A stretch of DNA of 61,267 nucleotides, the filler included. It is 15 parts of 15 records of this genome, joined end to end, with 100 filler letters (N's around TTAATTAATTAA, not from the genome) between each part and the next. Parts side by side here need not be neighbours in the genome. Positions count along the whole stretch, not along the records: positions 42,951 to 46,403 come from SRR15195285_13238; positions 46,504 to 49,505 come from SRR15195285_13257; positions 49,606 to 53,097 come from SRR15195285_13285; positions 53,198 to 57,343 come from SRR15195285_13303; 11 more parts are not named here. One strand, given 5' to 3'. The notes beneath the pieces are model-generated. The model ran no database searches and was not told where the DNA came from. It worked only from the letters and a program-made list of their open reading frames with translations. Shown one piece after another: positions 43,676 to 56,500 of this stretch. Each line of letters starts with the position of its first letter. Positions within the stretch are counted from its first letter, which is position 1. The position numbers and the translations under genes are program-made.

Positions 43676-46345
43676 TCAGAGACCTACGTTGTTGCCTATG
43701 TGAACGCGCATAGGTTTGGCTCCGCTCTGGTTGTGGAACTGCATTCCGGTGTCGCTGTCGATCAATGAGTTGCCCTCCACAATGACGTCTGAGACGGCGT
43801 CGTTGATTTGGAAGTAGGCGTTGTTCGCAGAGTTGTTGCGCAGTACAATGGCGGCCGCCATCGCGCCGGAGTACGGCGAGCTGCTGTTGAAAGCCCCGCT
43901 GACGATGAAGCCGCCCGTCCCCCCGCCGTACACATTGCCCTCCAAGATTGCGTTGTCTAAAACTTCAATGAAGTAAGTCGGAATGTACGTTGGGTACAGA
44001 GTATCCGGTAGTGGACGTGGTGGGGGAGCCGAAGCAGAGCTGTCCCGCTCACTGGCTTCTACCAGAGCAGCCGATGTGGCACGAGTGCCTGCCATCATCG
44101 GCCCGAGCGTGTTTTCTAGCCCCTCCACAATGAAACCATTTGAGCGCACCGCGGTGTTTTCAGCGATGACAGCGTGGTATAGTCCACCAAAAATTTGACA
44201 CGGCCCGCCGTCCTCAAAAGTGTTCTCGCGAATGATCATGTGGGATCGGCGTTCAAAGAACGTTACCAGCGAGTCGGGCCCTAGTGCCACCTGTGAGCAA
44301 TCGCACGAATCAGTCCAGAGCAATGTTGATGGCGTAGACTACGCGACAAAACCGGTCCGTCGAGTGGACGTGCGCACTGCCGGTCCTTACCCCTCCTCCG
44401 CTACCACCAAACGGTTTATCAATTTCCCAAGAACGATTGTATGCCGTGCCACCGCCTGTGACCACACGCATCTGGCCGGCCCCTTCCCCAGCCAGCACAT
44501 AAACCGCGGCGCCTGTGCGATTCGAATCCAAGTACCGGCAGCCAGTGTTCGGGTCGCACCACTCAGGGTAGCTCGGATCCGTAGCCATCGTCAGCGTGAG
44601 ACCATCGGTGGAAGGTGACACTGTCCCAAAGTAGTTCGCATATCCTGCATCCGTTGTGAATTCTTCTTGGTCGCCGCCGAAGACAAACTTTTCGGAATTT
44701 CGCGCAAAGAAGACTCCCGTGGCAGCGGGGCCTCCGTATGTCGAGCCTGCGGCTGCACACCAGATAGCGAAGGACAGGGAGGAAATGAGAGCGAACAGGG
44801 TGTAGGAAAGCAAATAATATGAGCGGTACACTTTGTTGTGATGAACAAGCTTCGTACCGGAGCCTCGAGAGAAAAGATTGATGCCCAAGCAGTGGTTGTC
44901 TTCAAATATGACGTTGCTCGACGCGTCGATCTGGTAGCAATCCATCCCAAAGTTGATCTGGTTGCGCATTACGATGCCACGCGAGGCACTCTGTTGGAGG
45001 TCAGGCATAGTGTGGCCAAGGTAACTGAAACCACAGTGTCCACAAGTAAATACAGCATCCGCGACAACAAAATAGCGATTGGCTGTAGCTTTGCTCGCAC
45101 TCACAAGCCATGTCCACTGGCGTAGATATCGCAATCTGTGACCTCGTAGTTCTGGCCGTTGAAGTCGATGGCGGCACCCACTTGTTCGTATGTGAAATTC
45201 GCGATACTGCCGCCACGTCGCGCAACGGTATTCTCAACCAGTCGATAGAAGCAATCCGCCCTGATGCGGACGCGACGTACTCGGTGGTTGCGGGAGCCAC
45301 CGCTCGCATCTTTTACTATGGCGTTGTAGAATCGCTCCGAATTAATCGTCAGGTCCTCGACGGCGAATGTGTGGTTTCCACCGACGAAGTACTGAGGCAT
45401 GCGCTTGTCATGCACATCGACGAAGGCACCGGTATCCCACAACAGCGAGACGTGCCCTTGAGACACACCCTTCAGCGTTACAAATGGTGGTAGATCAATT
45501 GACTCGCCTTGAAAGCGATAGGTTCCGCGAGCCAGCACGATGGTGCCACCACCGGCGGCGCGGGTTGCGTTCAGTGCTTCCCATAGTCCGGGACATGGAC
45601 CGCTGTTGCATGGACCAACGGAGTAAACCTTGCGAGCCTGTGGTTGGCGCTGCCAGTCGCTGTCGGCGCTGACAATGGTCACCGTGCGGTCGGAATCTCC
45701 AACAGAAAAGTCGCTGCGATTCCTGCTGTCGCTTGCGCGCAAGCTCAGGTCGTACACTCCTAGTGGTAGCGTTGGGGGAATTTCGAACCATCCGTCGTTG
45801 TTCGTTGCGTTGAGTGGGGACAGCACCAGTGGAGCCGATGCCTCCTTCCCATCGACGGAGGCGGCTCGAGGTTTAAGGACAAGCCGCGTAGTCCCGATCT
45901 TACGCACGTCGCCGAATCTTCCGAAAGTACGAACCCACCCGCCACAGCTGGCGTGCGTGAGATTCACATCGCCACGTTTCCAGAACAAGTCGGGGGCATT
46001 CGCAATGATACAACTGCCGTGTACGCACACATTGTGCAGGCCCGCTGACAAGGAAGCAGGCAGCGTAAGCTTCGCTGCTGTATCCGAACGATCGAAAAGC
46101 CGCACCGGTACGTCATCAACCGTGGCGTTCGATGCGTCAGTCAGACCGCCACCCCAAAGCTGCAGTGTCTGGTTCGCAAAGGTCGGTTGAGAAGCCCAGA
46201 TCAGCACAGGCGCAGGTTTCACTGCCACAGCATCTAAGGGTGCGCTGCAGCCAGCAAAGAAGGCAGCGATCGAGGTCACAGCCCACGCTCCTGTCATCTC
46301 TGGCCACGCACCGACCGCACGCAGTAGCGACGCGCGACCCAGCAT
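43676..46345 (-). CDS. Secreted parallel beta-helix (pectate lyase 3/GH28-related) polysaccharide enzyme with an Ig-like N-terminus, multi-exon
   Basis: Hydrophobic N-terminus and ALNATRAAGGGTIVLARGTY. Beta-helix rungs FAVEDLTI, YEVTDCDI, NVIFEDNH, MIIRENTF, IVLRNNS, VIVEGNS. GT-AG introns link the ORFs. Confidence 0.75.
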
Positions 46346-46798
46346 GCAGGCAGGCTACTTGTAGCGTATAATACTTACTTAACACCCCGTTCGCCCTGAA
46401 CGCNNNNNNNNNNNNNNNNNNNNNNNNNNNNNNNNNNNNNNNNNNNNTTAATTAATTAANNNNNNNNNNNNNNNNNNNNNNNNNNNNNNNNNNNNNNNNN
46501 NNNGGCAGACCTTTCAAGACTGTGCGTCAGCCAGCACATCTTCCACCTTCGCCATGCTCTCCGTTGCTCTGTTGCTCTGGCTTAGATTCCATCGTTTTGC
46601 ATTACGCACCACGGTGGCGTCACTTGTCGACAGGGTTCATCAATGATTACATTCTGAACGAAGTGGGCCGGTCTCCGCTCGTGTCTGGTTTGTAAGATAC
46701 CACCACCAACAGATCATGCAGTGTATTGGTTTGTGCAGTGGGGCCACGCAGCGTGCGGTGCACTTTTTTCTGTCACAAGCGCATTGTGCTCTGCACAG

Positions 46799-47806
46799 TT
46801 TTTGGGATGATGTCTGGAACCCGACGTGCAACATCCACGACCAAACCAAGGATACCTGCGTTGACATGGGCATTGGTCAGGAGGGCAAGGTTTCCCCGAC
46901 GCTCACGCAACTGACGAAAGATTACCAGGCCAACATGAAGGCATTGCGTGAGGCGACACTCAAAGCAGGCAAATTTGCATGGCAGGTAGGTTCGAAATTC
47001 ACTCTGTGTAGCTGGCCTTGTGTTGTAGACGGCTGCTGTGGTATGTCACAGTCACGCAGATGCCTTTACCAGCGCCTACCTGTGGTCAGATGCTGTGGAC
47101 GGGTGGCGCCGCGGATTCCATCGGTGGCACTGGCTTGGGGCCCCTTGTCACGAAAGGTGCCAGCTGTGCCACCACGATGCGTACGCTATGTGCTGCCGAT
47201 AGTCCATCCCAGAAGCGTGCAATGGGATATGGAATGTCAGGCCAACCGCACACACGTTCTACTGATCTGCTACAGGTAAGGCCTAAGCTACTAGTGTTGC
47301 ATCCGTTGAGGCGAGATCTGTAGCCAGAACCGCATACTCTTTGCATTCAAGTGCTTGCTCACTAAGCCTGGACATTCCGTGGGCTCCGGACTTTGCATTC
47401 CGTAGGACCTGGCAGCGTTCCTCCTGGTGCGTGGACCATATGCTTGGCTCGGCTGGGGCTGGAAGGGATGTTCACAGGAGTGAGTAATGTCTTCTTGCAT
47501 CATACTGGCTGAAGTTATCGTACAGCAGTCTGTACTTGCACGTATTAGCTCGCATAATTATTCAGTCTTGTTGTACATGACTGTTAGCCAATACACACAC
47601 TAGTCAAATCGTGCCCTCCGTCTTGACCTGGCTGCAGATACTATTTCCCGCCGGAATTCAACGAGGACTACGGCGAACCGACGGAGGGAGAGCTCTGCAA
47701 AGAGACCGCCACAGACTCTGAGGTGTTCACGCGCGAATACTCCAAGGCAACTGTGCAGCTCGACTGCAAAGCCTGGAAGGGAACCATTACAAAAAAGGAT
47801 ACCTAG
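46799..47806 (+). CDS. GH168/GHL15-like putative glycoside hydrolase, 5'-partial, multi-exon
   Basis: Spliced product FWDD...FAWQ|MLW...|DLAAFLLVRGPYAWLGWGW...YYFPPEFNEDYGEP...VFTREYSKATVQLDC. This resembles, from memory, the LAAFL..GxP..F/WTREF..V C-terminus of GHL15/GH168-like proteins. Confidence 0.55.
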
Positions 47807-48132
47807 TAAGGGCGGACCTTGTTGGCCTCCAACAGGAGGACCCAAGCCAAAAGTCGAAGTGTCTGAGTTAGCGCGCTCAACACGCAATGCGCCTTCAGTG
47901 ATAATAGACGTCTTATCACCGACATTGCCCTCGCATAATCTGGCGCCGCTAGTTGTTGAAAATGATTGTAGAACATACTGATGGTACTGATTGTTGCAGC
48001 TTTGAAAATTGTACTGGTACCTGCGAAGAATGTGTGATGCTGTTTGATGATCTCATACGCGCACTTGCATACCGGAAGAACAACTAACAAAACAATATCT
48101 TGTATTTATCACATGCCGAGGCAAAGTCGGCC

Positions 48133-49122
48133 TTACAAACGACCGGAACTTACTGTAAATGACGCAGTGAGCATGCCGAAGTACATGGGCGCCTTCAAAC
48201 AGTGGACTGCAGGGTTTGAAAGCAGACGTGGACGTGGACCATCGGCATAGTCCGTCAGCAAATAATGCAGCACCATGAAGCCTAAGTGATTGTCACAATG
48301 CGCGTCTTTAGCTACTGCCGCAGCTGTCTCAAAAAGCAGGCGAGTATCGAGACTTGCAGCCCACTTTCCAATCGCCTCGTCGTATACTCGAGCGGCGCCA
48401 TCATCTGATATTGCAAATGGCTGCACCCCGACACCTTGAGTGTAGCCAGGAAGATGGGCATCCGAACGATGAGTATGGCTCAAATCTGCACTGATCAGCA
48501 ATCCAACATTGCTACCACACGTGCCGATCCAGTTACTGAGCACATGTGCCACTTGCTTACACTCAGGACCAAAAGAATCTTGCCGACCATCCTGACGTGT
48601 CGGGAGCGACAGCACAACTACAGAGGGAGCAGGGCGCGCACCACAAGCCTCCAACAAGAAACTTAGAGGATTCACCTCGCCCCAGAAGATTGGCATAGCC
48701 TCTCGACTGCCGGCTAAGGCGTGCGCTGGGTCTGGCCAAGCAGCGCTGCCCTGCTCTGCCCCGAAACTCAGCCCACATGCAGGCACGCTGGCACCACGCA
48801 GTGCAGCCAGCAGCGTGTTTGACAGGGCAGTGTCCAGTGTCACCTCGACCGGCTGTCCAGCTGAATCTTTGCCACTAGCGCGGTGGTTGCCGTTGTATAC
48901 ACCCCAGTCGCTGTCCGAAGCCATGCCATGTGGTGTAATTAGGAGCACTGTGTCTACACCGCTGGCCACAACGTCCTCGGCGCAGGCTCTGGCTGCAGCC
49001 TGCAGATCCAATGCATCCTGGTATGCTTGCGCAAGATTGAAGCTGCTTGGCTGGCCCAACAGAACATCTGGGTTGCGCACAATGCCACCGTGTGGGATGA
49101 TGGCAGCGCTGGTCAGTCCCAT
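48133..49122 (-). CDS. LigB/Memo fold class III extradiol dioxygenase subunit B-like protein
   Basis: AAIIPHG, DTVLLITPHG, FWGEVNPL, LLISADLSH, YDEAIGKWA, PMYFGMLTA. Confidence 0.8.
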   Translation of the reverse strand: MGLTSAAIIPHGGIVRNPDVLLGQPSSFNLAQAYQDALDLQAAARACAEDVVASGVDTVLLITPHGMASDSDWGVYNGNHRASGKDSAGQPVEVTLDTALSNTLLAALRGASVPACGLSFGAEQGSAAWPDPAHALAGSREAMPIFWGEVNPLSFLLEACGARPAPSVVVLSLPTRQDGRQDSFGPECKQVAHVLSNWIGTCGSNVGLLISADLSHTHRSDAHLPGYTQGVGVQPFAISDDGAARVYDEAIGKWAASLDTRLLFETAAAVAKDAHCDNHLGFMVLHYLLTDYADGPRPRLLSNPAVHCLKAPMYFGMLTASFTVSSGRL

Positions 49123-49605
49123 GTACACTAGATCGGCTATGATACACGCCGCCCCCGCGCGATCCGCATGGTCAGCTGGACTGAGTGCTCGACCCAGGAA
49201 TCAGATTGAGACTCACCGGCCGCGGTGATGATTCATTCTCAATTCTACAATGATGGAGGCTACTACTGTACTGTGGGGTGCGATCGCCGAGCTCGATAAG
49301 GCAGGGCCCAGACTGCGTTGCACTGGCGCTAGTGGGCCCAGTCGATTCCCCGTGGCACGGGGCGTAGGGGTATAGAGCCGAAGTGGTGCAAACGCTTTTA
49401 TTAAACAACTTGTTGCATCCCAACAACACCAGAGGCACACACTACAGGCGTGCGCTTGTGTATTGTGCCAAGCTTAGGTTGAATCATGTCGCGCCGGAGT
49501 ATTGGNNNNNNNNNNNNNNNNNNNNNNNNNNNNNNNNNNNNNNNNNNNNTTAATTAATTAANNNNNNNNNNNNNNNNNNNNNNNNNNNNNNNNNNNNNNN
49601 NNNNN

Positions 49606-49635
49606 GCGATACCGTTTTTTAAAAAACGGTATCGC
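49606..49635. repeat. Perfect 30-bp palindrome at contig start
   Basis: GCGATACCGTTTTTT|AAAAAACGGTATCGC. Confidence 0.9.
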
Positions 49636-50291
49636 GTGGCGGACCGCTTTAACGACCAGTACATGGAGATCCAGCAGACCAAGGAGCCCAGCGCCAAACA
49701 AGCCGCCAGATGAAATCATGCCACCTCATCTTGTCTGACAACTGTACTATTCGAATAGTACATTACCGGTACATGTAGCATGACATGTACTAGATCTAGT
49801 AGCATGACATGTCGTCCCCCAATCCGGTTGGGAGTAGAAAAGTAGAATGCAGTCCGCGCGGTCCGAAGGCAAGCACGGTAGCACGCTCGCCGGCAGACGC
49901 CGGTGGCACCCGCGGCCGGATCGAATCAGACCGCCGCGGGGAGTTGATTCGTGTGTCTCTGTACTAGTACTAGTACGCAAAGTGCATTCTGTATTCTGCA
50001 TTCTATTTCCATGCTACTAGTACGATTTGGGTCGATCCTTGGCCGGCCGCGCTGACGCCGCGCGGGGCGCGGTGTTCAAGCGCAGGCGTCGATCCTGTCG
50101 CGCGCGCACGCACGCGCCGGGCGCGCGGGGGCGTGCGCGTGCGCGCTCCGCGTGCGGGAATACGGCGCGAGGTGAACACGCTTTGAACTGCACGCACGCA
50201 GCTGCTGCCGATGATTTGGACCATGAGCTGAATCTCCCAGGCGCATCCACCGTGACCGATCCACACGGCACAGCTGCAAAGCTGGTTCTAC

Positions 50292-52678
50292 ATGAGCGGC
50301 GAGGATCAGCCGTGGGTTGAGTCTGTATGCAGCAGCTCACAGGAAGACACTGACGCAGGTTTGTGGGCAGGTGTAGTAGATGAGCACGACTGCGGTGATG
50401 GTACATATTATGGTTCCTCGCGCCCACAAAGTAGCATCTTTGATGGTGAACCGGCAGAGAAGTGGTCTCAGACTACGAGCCGCAGCTCACGAGGCGAGGA
50501 CTACGGCAGCGCAGGTGTTTGGACGGATATCGAAGGCGCCACGCTGCCCGAGACTAGCCTGGACTGGTCCAATGGCACGCAGTACGGGCCGACTAGCAGT
50601 TGCACCAGCTGGGACACTGACGAGAGCGACGAATGGCTGGCTAGCAGTTGCACCAGTTGGGGCACTGACGAGAGCGACGAATTGGAAGCCACATGCTCCG
50701 AAGGTGGCTCGATTTTGGGAACTGTCGATCTGGAACCCGTCGGCGAGATGAGTCTTGGCGACATGGATTGTGTCTCCGTTGCCGAGCAGATTCCGAGCGT
50801 CAACCTCGCAGCACTAGCTGCTACCGGAATTTTGAGCAGCGTGGCCAAAGATGCTCTCAAGAGTGAATCTACTGCACGCCAGAAAATAGAGCGCGCAGAC
50901 GTCCACCACGTCAAAAGTGAAGATGGTGCAATGGCAAAGACGGCCAATGCCGTCGCTGGAACGGCTACTGCCGCTGCCGCCCCTGGGGCCACCTTGACAG
51001 CAGCATGCCCCTTTTGTCTACAAAGTTGCAAGGAAGGAAAATGGAATCAGCTCGGGCTGCATTGGAAAAAGCTTGGCTATCGCGGGCCACCATACTGCAA
51101 ACGCTGTGCTTCCGTGTTCCGAGCGCACATTATGCGGCAGCAAGTGTCCAGCAGTTGTTGCAGTCGTGAAACACCGTGTGGGAAATGTTCAGCGGTGCTT
51201 AAGCATTTCGAGCAAAAATCGCCAGACGTTATATACCGCCTCATGGATGAACGTGTTCGTAATTCCCAGATGGTCAAGGCGAAAGTCGTTGAACTAGAAG
51301 GTGAAACCTCGGCCAACGCGTTGGCGCCTTGTCCATTCTGTGGCAACCACGTGCTGAGAAGCAGCTTAGGTCTGCTCTGGTGAGATATACGCGTAGAGTG
51401 ATACATTGCCTACTCACAGCTTTTTTCGGCTACGTATATCGTCGTGTCGTGGTAGCACGAGATGCTTCATTATAGAGTTATGTAGCTGTGCTTACTTGAC
51501 AGTGCACAACTCACTCTGCGAGCAATTGCTTCTGCGTGCATATCTGCTGTGTGTTGTGACGCTGCAGGCGCAAGTTCGGCTACAATGGGCCGCCTTACTG
51601 CCCTATATGTGCTGCGCAGTTTCGACGGCATATAATCAACCAGACTCCATCCAGAAGCTCCACCTGCTCGCGCAATCAACCGTGCAAAACATGCCATCAC
51701 ATTCTACAGCATTTTGGTGACCCCAGAGGCACACAAACGCCTGCACAAACATTTGATCTGATCAACTTGAAGAAGCGTCAATTGCATATTAATCCTGCCG
51801 CCGCGAGTGCTGCAGCAGTCGGAATGGCGTTGTTGAGGCAGCAGCTGGGAGATGCAACGATGTCTAGTGCACATGAGCTCCAGGTGCTAAAACGTCACAG
51901 AGGCAGCCGCTCAGGTGGACCCGATTACGACAGCCAGCAGCTGAGAGGCAGATATGTAGGCTCTGCAGTATCGGTAGCGAGTTCTGTACTTCTGCTGACT
52001 GTGAGCTTTGTCCTGTTCGCTGGTTTTCTTGCTGGTTTTCAAGAGTTCTCCGGATCTGGATCTAGGCCTGGAGTGTCTGGCTCGAGCGACCAGATTCATC
52101 GGCCACACTCGCCTGTTACCTGGGGTGCAGGCTGCGAAGATGGCGAGCTCACAGTTGACCAGCTGCTATCTATGGATAGAACGGACAGGTTCAAATTCGA
52201 AAACTGCTGTGGCAGTTCCCGCCCCCCCGCTTGGTCAGATATCTCCGTATCTCAAGCTCTTAGTGGTGCCGTTGCATCGCCGCGTATTAGTGATTCATTA
52301 GACTTCCTTGAGGCTGACGGTGCGCCGGGCGAGAACCACAGCACGGGGCAGTACCGCAGCTGCTGGGAAGGTTGGCCTATGCGGTGTCGTGCTCTTTGCC
52401 TCGGCTACTGCACCGCTCCTTCCACGATCGGCAAAGGACTCGGAGGCAATGTCGCGCGACACGATATCTGTTTCGGGCCGCTAGGCTCCACATGCCCGTA
52501 CGATTGCACGCCCATGTATACGCCGGATGGCGAAATGCGTTGCCTTCCTGGCGACAGCGCCTATCAAGGGGGATTGTGTAAGGAAGTTTTTGAACGAGGG
52601 CCTGGGAACCCAGGGAATGGGAATCGGAGAAACGAGTCATGGTATAAGCACAAGGGGAGTTCCACACTGCCGAACTAG
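50292..52678 (+). CDS. 732-aa protein: acidic N-terminus, two tandem Cys/His zinc-finger-like modules, basic patches, a single TM and a Cys-rich C-terminus (exons 50292-51379, 51568-52678)
   Basis: Intron 51380-51567 joins ORFs 50292 and 51767 in frame and completes the second module. TM VASSVLLLTVSFVLFAGFLAG. Confidence 0.8.
50593..50682 (+). repeat. 48-bp coding tandem repeat (SSCTSWxTDESDE x2)
   Basis: CTAGCAGTTGCACCAG...ACTGACGAGAGCGACGAA at 50593 and 50641. Confidence 0.9.
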
Positions 52679-53583
52679 GTCTGGCTCAATGTATCATATG
52701 ACTAGTGGCAGCATATCACAAATCACAAACAGCGCGCTAGTCAGGAACCGAAAGCGTGTCTCTGGAGTGTATTTATTATTTTATGGCCTTTTCAAAGGGT
52801 CAAAGCTGCAACTATCTGGCAGAACACGATATTGGCATCATCAACTTCTACGATGTCCATCATGTTTGTTTTCAATGCACTCCAGCTGTGGTACCGAGTC
52901 ATGCATGGGCTCGGTGTCACAACTGTGAGATGCGACTGTTTCGGCATAGTCATTTTGAACATTGACGACATGACGAGTTGATCAGGAAGCACACATCAAC
53001 TACTCCCCTTACCTGGCGCTCGCTCAATGCATCCAAACGCACGAGTTTCATTGCCTCTCTTATGCCCTCCCTAATGCAAATCTATAAGTATCTAATTNNN
53101 NNNNNNNNNNNNNNNNNNNNNNNNNNNNNNNNNNNNNNNNNTTAATTAATTAANNNNNNNNNNNNNNNNNNNNNNNNNNNNNNNNNNNNNNNNNNNNCGG
53201 TGCCTCGGGCGCACAGATGACTCCACGCGCACGGTGCATGTGCGCACGTCTGATGGCCGCACCCGGAGCAATCTGGGCACTGCTGGCTCAAATCCTTTTT
53301 AGAATTTCCCACCAACATATTCTCGAATACCTCAAGCCCTGCTCGTGGCATGCAAGGACGGAGCATATATATCGAATATTACTTCGCATGCGGACGAGCG
53401 CGCGCGCGCCCCCGCGCGCGCCCGGCCACGCCGGCGGCGCGAGCGCATGCGCACTGTGGTCCCCACGCGGGGCTCTCACCTGTAGATCTCTAGTGCTATG
53501 GATCGGCGAGCGCAATACATATATGCAGCAGCAGATGTTCTGATCTAGGGCTGCGAGGAGAGATTCCCCACCCGCGCGATCTG

Positions 53584-56500
53584 ATGGATTCCCACCGTGC
53601 GGCGGAGTTGCGGGCGAAGCGCGAACGACTGGAGCAGCTGCGACGCGCCAAGGCAGACGCGGAGGCCGCCCACGAGGCGAGGTTTGGGCAGCTGGCGCGC
53701 TCAGGAGGTATGGCCAGTGGAGCCGCAGCAGCAGGAAAGCTGCCTGGGGAACTGGAAGAGCTGTTTGCTGAGGCACTGCGGCAGCGTGTTGCGACTGAGG
53801 GGAGCATTGACACGATGCGGCGACACATTGCTACCGGTGCGGTATCTGCATGGTTTCTCCACGCAGTCAACTGGGTTCGAATCAACTTCGAGGTGTACAC
53901 TCATAAATCCTAACACCTGGTGCGTGTTGGCTCATGTAGGGCGCTTTTCGCCTGAGCATTATATTCAGATGTGGCGAGACAGGCTGGGCCTGACGGCGGC
54001 ACTCGAGCCTGCGCGTCACCCACCCGCCCGTCGAGTCGTACAGAAGCCTGTCGATGAGTCGATAGACAGTCTGCGCCGCCAGCGCGACGCGGAGGATCGG
54101 ACGTCCGCACGCGCGCAGGCCGAGCTTGATAGTACTTTGGGCCAAATCTCGGCAGCAGAGCGCACAGGCTCTCGTCGGAAGAAACCGCCTCCGCCCTTGC
54201 CGCCACCTGCTCCATTGCTAAGGGAGAGCCCTACTAGTCACACCGACGCTACAGTAGGCGCAGTGAACTCGCCTCAGGAGCGGCAAGCTGGCCAGAACGA
54301 CTTGCTGGCAGCTATTCGTGGCGGAGTAGCCCAGCGTGCTGAGCGTGGAGTGGACGTGAGCCGATTGGAAGGACGTCTGCAAGACAGACGCAGCAGTGGC
54401 GGCAGCACCTCTGATGTTCATATAGCGCAACTTTCGGACGCTCTCTCCGGGCTTCGACGTCAAATCGGCCCGCAAGGAAGCGATAGCGACGAAACAGAGA
54501 GTGATGAACAGGACAAAGACGATGACGGTTGGCTGTCAGACGATGGAGATGTGGGAACGGATGCCACGCCCCACCACTGGGCGAGACCCCGTGTTTTCAC
54601 AGCACCGACAGCACCCGCACCTGCGCCTGCGCCTGCGCCTGCACCTGCACCTGCACTCGCACCTGCCGAAGACGCTACACGCGTGGATCTCCCACCTGGG
54701 ATACGACTGAGCCGATCTGCCCTGCATAATTCGTCTCAATCACGCGCCCAAGAGCCGGAATGGCTGCCGACGCTGAGGCAGACAATCGACTCAGATGAGC
54801 GTGTTGAGATGGAGCAGCCTCAGCGTCCCAGTCCCGTTCAGCAGGCACAAGCACGTGTACTCAGCGACCCAGAACTTCATGCGATACTAGCCCGCCGTCG
54901 TGCAACTACCGATGCCCATGCGGTAGTTGTCGCGACCCCAGAGTCTGTCACCGCGATTGAAATCGACGGGGGTTCTACTAACCGTGATAATGACACAATC
55001 CATCGGTACCATGACGATGGTGCAGATGCTGATCGTATGAACAGACGCATGGGCCGACGGAATGGAACGGCTGCTGCCCGAGAACAGCCAGCAACACACC
55101 GAAATGCTCAGCAGGTCGAACCACAGTCACCATGGGAGCCTGGGGGCGCATACAGCCCTCGGGGCGATGGATTTGCTCCACCACCTCGAGTAAAGCGCGC
55201 TCACCTCAGCGCTGAGGTGAGTGATGTGGAGGCTGCAGTGATTGAGATGGGTTTTAGCCCGACCATCGTGCGGCGTGTGCAGGCAGACCGAGCTCAATCA
55301 CATGGTGGTGCAGTGTACACGCGGGCAGATGAGCTGCTCTCTGCCGTGTTGGAGCAGGATGAGCAGACCGGTGGAGGCGCTCCCACCGACAGCTCCAACG
55401 AACGTCGTCCAGGACGAGGGCATCGGCACAGCATTGATAGCTACGATCGTGGAGGTAGTTCTGCTCACACCTCACACTTGGAGCAGGAGCGAGCAGGGCT
55501 TCAACGGGCCCAGTGGGATCAAGAGCTTCAGCGGGTCAGAAGTCAAATTGCTGAGCGCCAGGCCACGTACGATTTCTTGAAGACGTCAGTCTCTGGGCAT
55601 CAGCTACATGCTATGGCTGCAGAGATGGAATCTTTGCTGGTCAAACAATCAACTCTAGAATCCCAGCTTGCGGCAGTCGGTTCAAGACGGGGGGGAGCCA
55701 ATGGTCGTTCGAGCTCAGGTGCAACGCAACGCGAGATATCACCGCCAGACACGGCAGAAACTTCTGTACTTGTGCAGATTCCGCCACACATTGGCAGCGG
55801 ACAGCAGCTGCAGGTGACGCTCCCGGATGGGCGTCCTTTTATCTTCATTGTCCCACAAGGCGTAAGAGAAGGACAGTCTGTTCAGCTTTCCGTGCCGCCG
55901 CCAGATCGCGTGCTGCGAGTGGATGCTCAGCCAGCTCCACCTACGTGTCCTGCTGACAACCACAGTGGAGGATGGAAAACTGCCGCCACAGGAACAATGA
56001 ATCGCTTAGGTGAAAGGATCAAATCACCACGCGGTCAGTCTGAGGCGCGGGTTGAATATCAACAGAGGCTACAGGAGAGAGAAGCAACGCTGCGCACGTT
56101 GCAGAGCATGGGCGAGAATACAGCGGAAGTTGAGCGCGAGATAAGAGCAATGCGAGAGGTAATTTCGGCCGCAGACGTCGACACGGCGTCAGACGGTCGC
56201 GGCAGTGGTAGGCACAGAGGTGGGTGGCGACATGGTGACGATCCTGATTTGGCAATGGCTAGAGCAGCGTCGCTATCACAGAGCGAGTCAGAGACTGCAG
56301 TGCTGATGAAGGAGCAGCAGATGCTTGAGAAGGCGATTGAGGCCAGCCACAGGTCAGCTGTCGATGATGAGGTGCGAAGGAAGGAGTTTCTAGCTGATCA
56401 GATCAGCCGACTTGAGGCACAGTTGCTCAGCGAACGGGAAGCGGAGCGCTCTGCTGCGGCAGACTGGCCACCAATCACACGCGATCTTCGCACGGAGTAC

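Noticed and set aside
53584-53660. Dynein intermediate chain-like N-terminus
   Set aside because: Only a generic charged helix; no WD40 domain in the available sequence.
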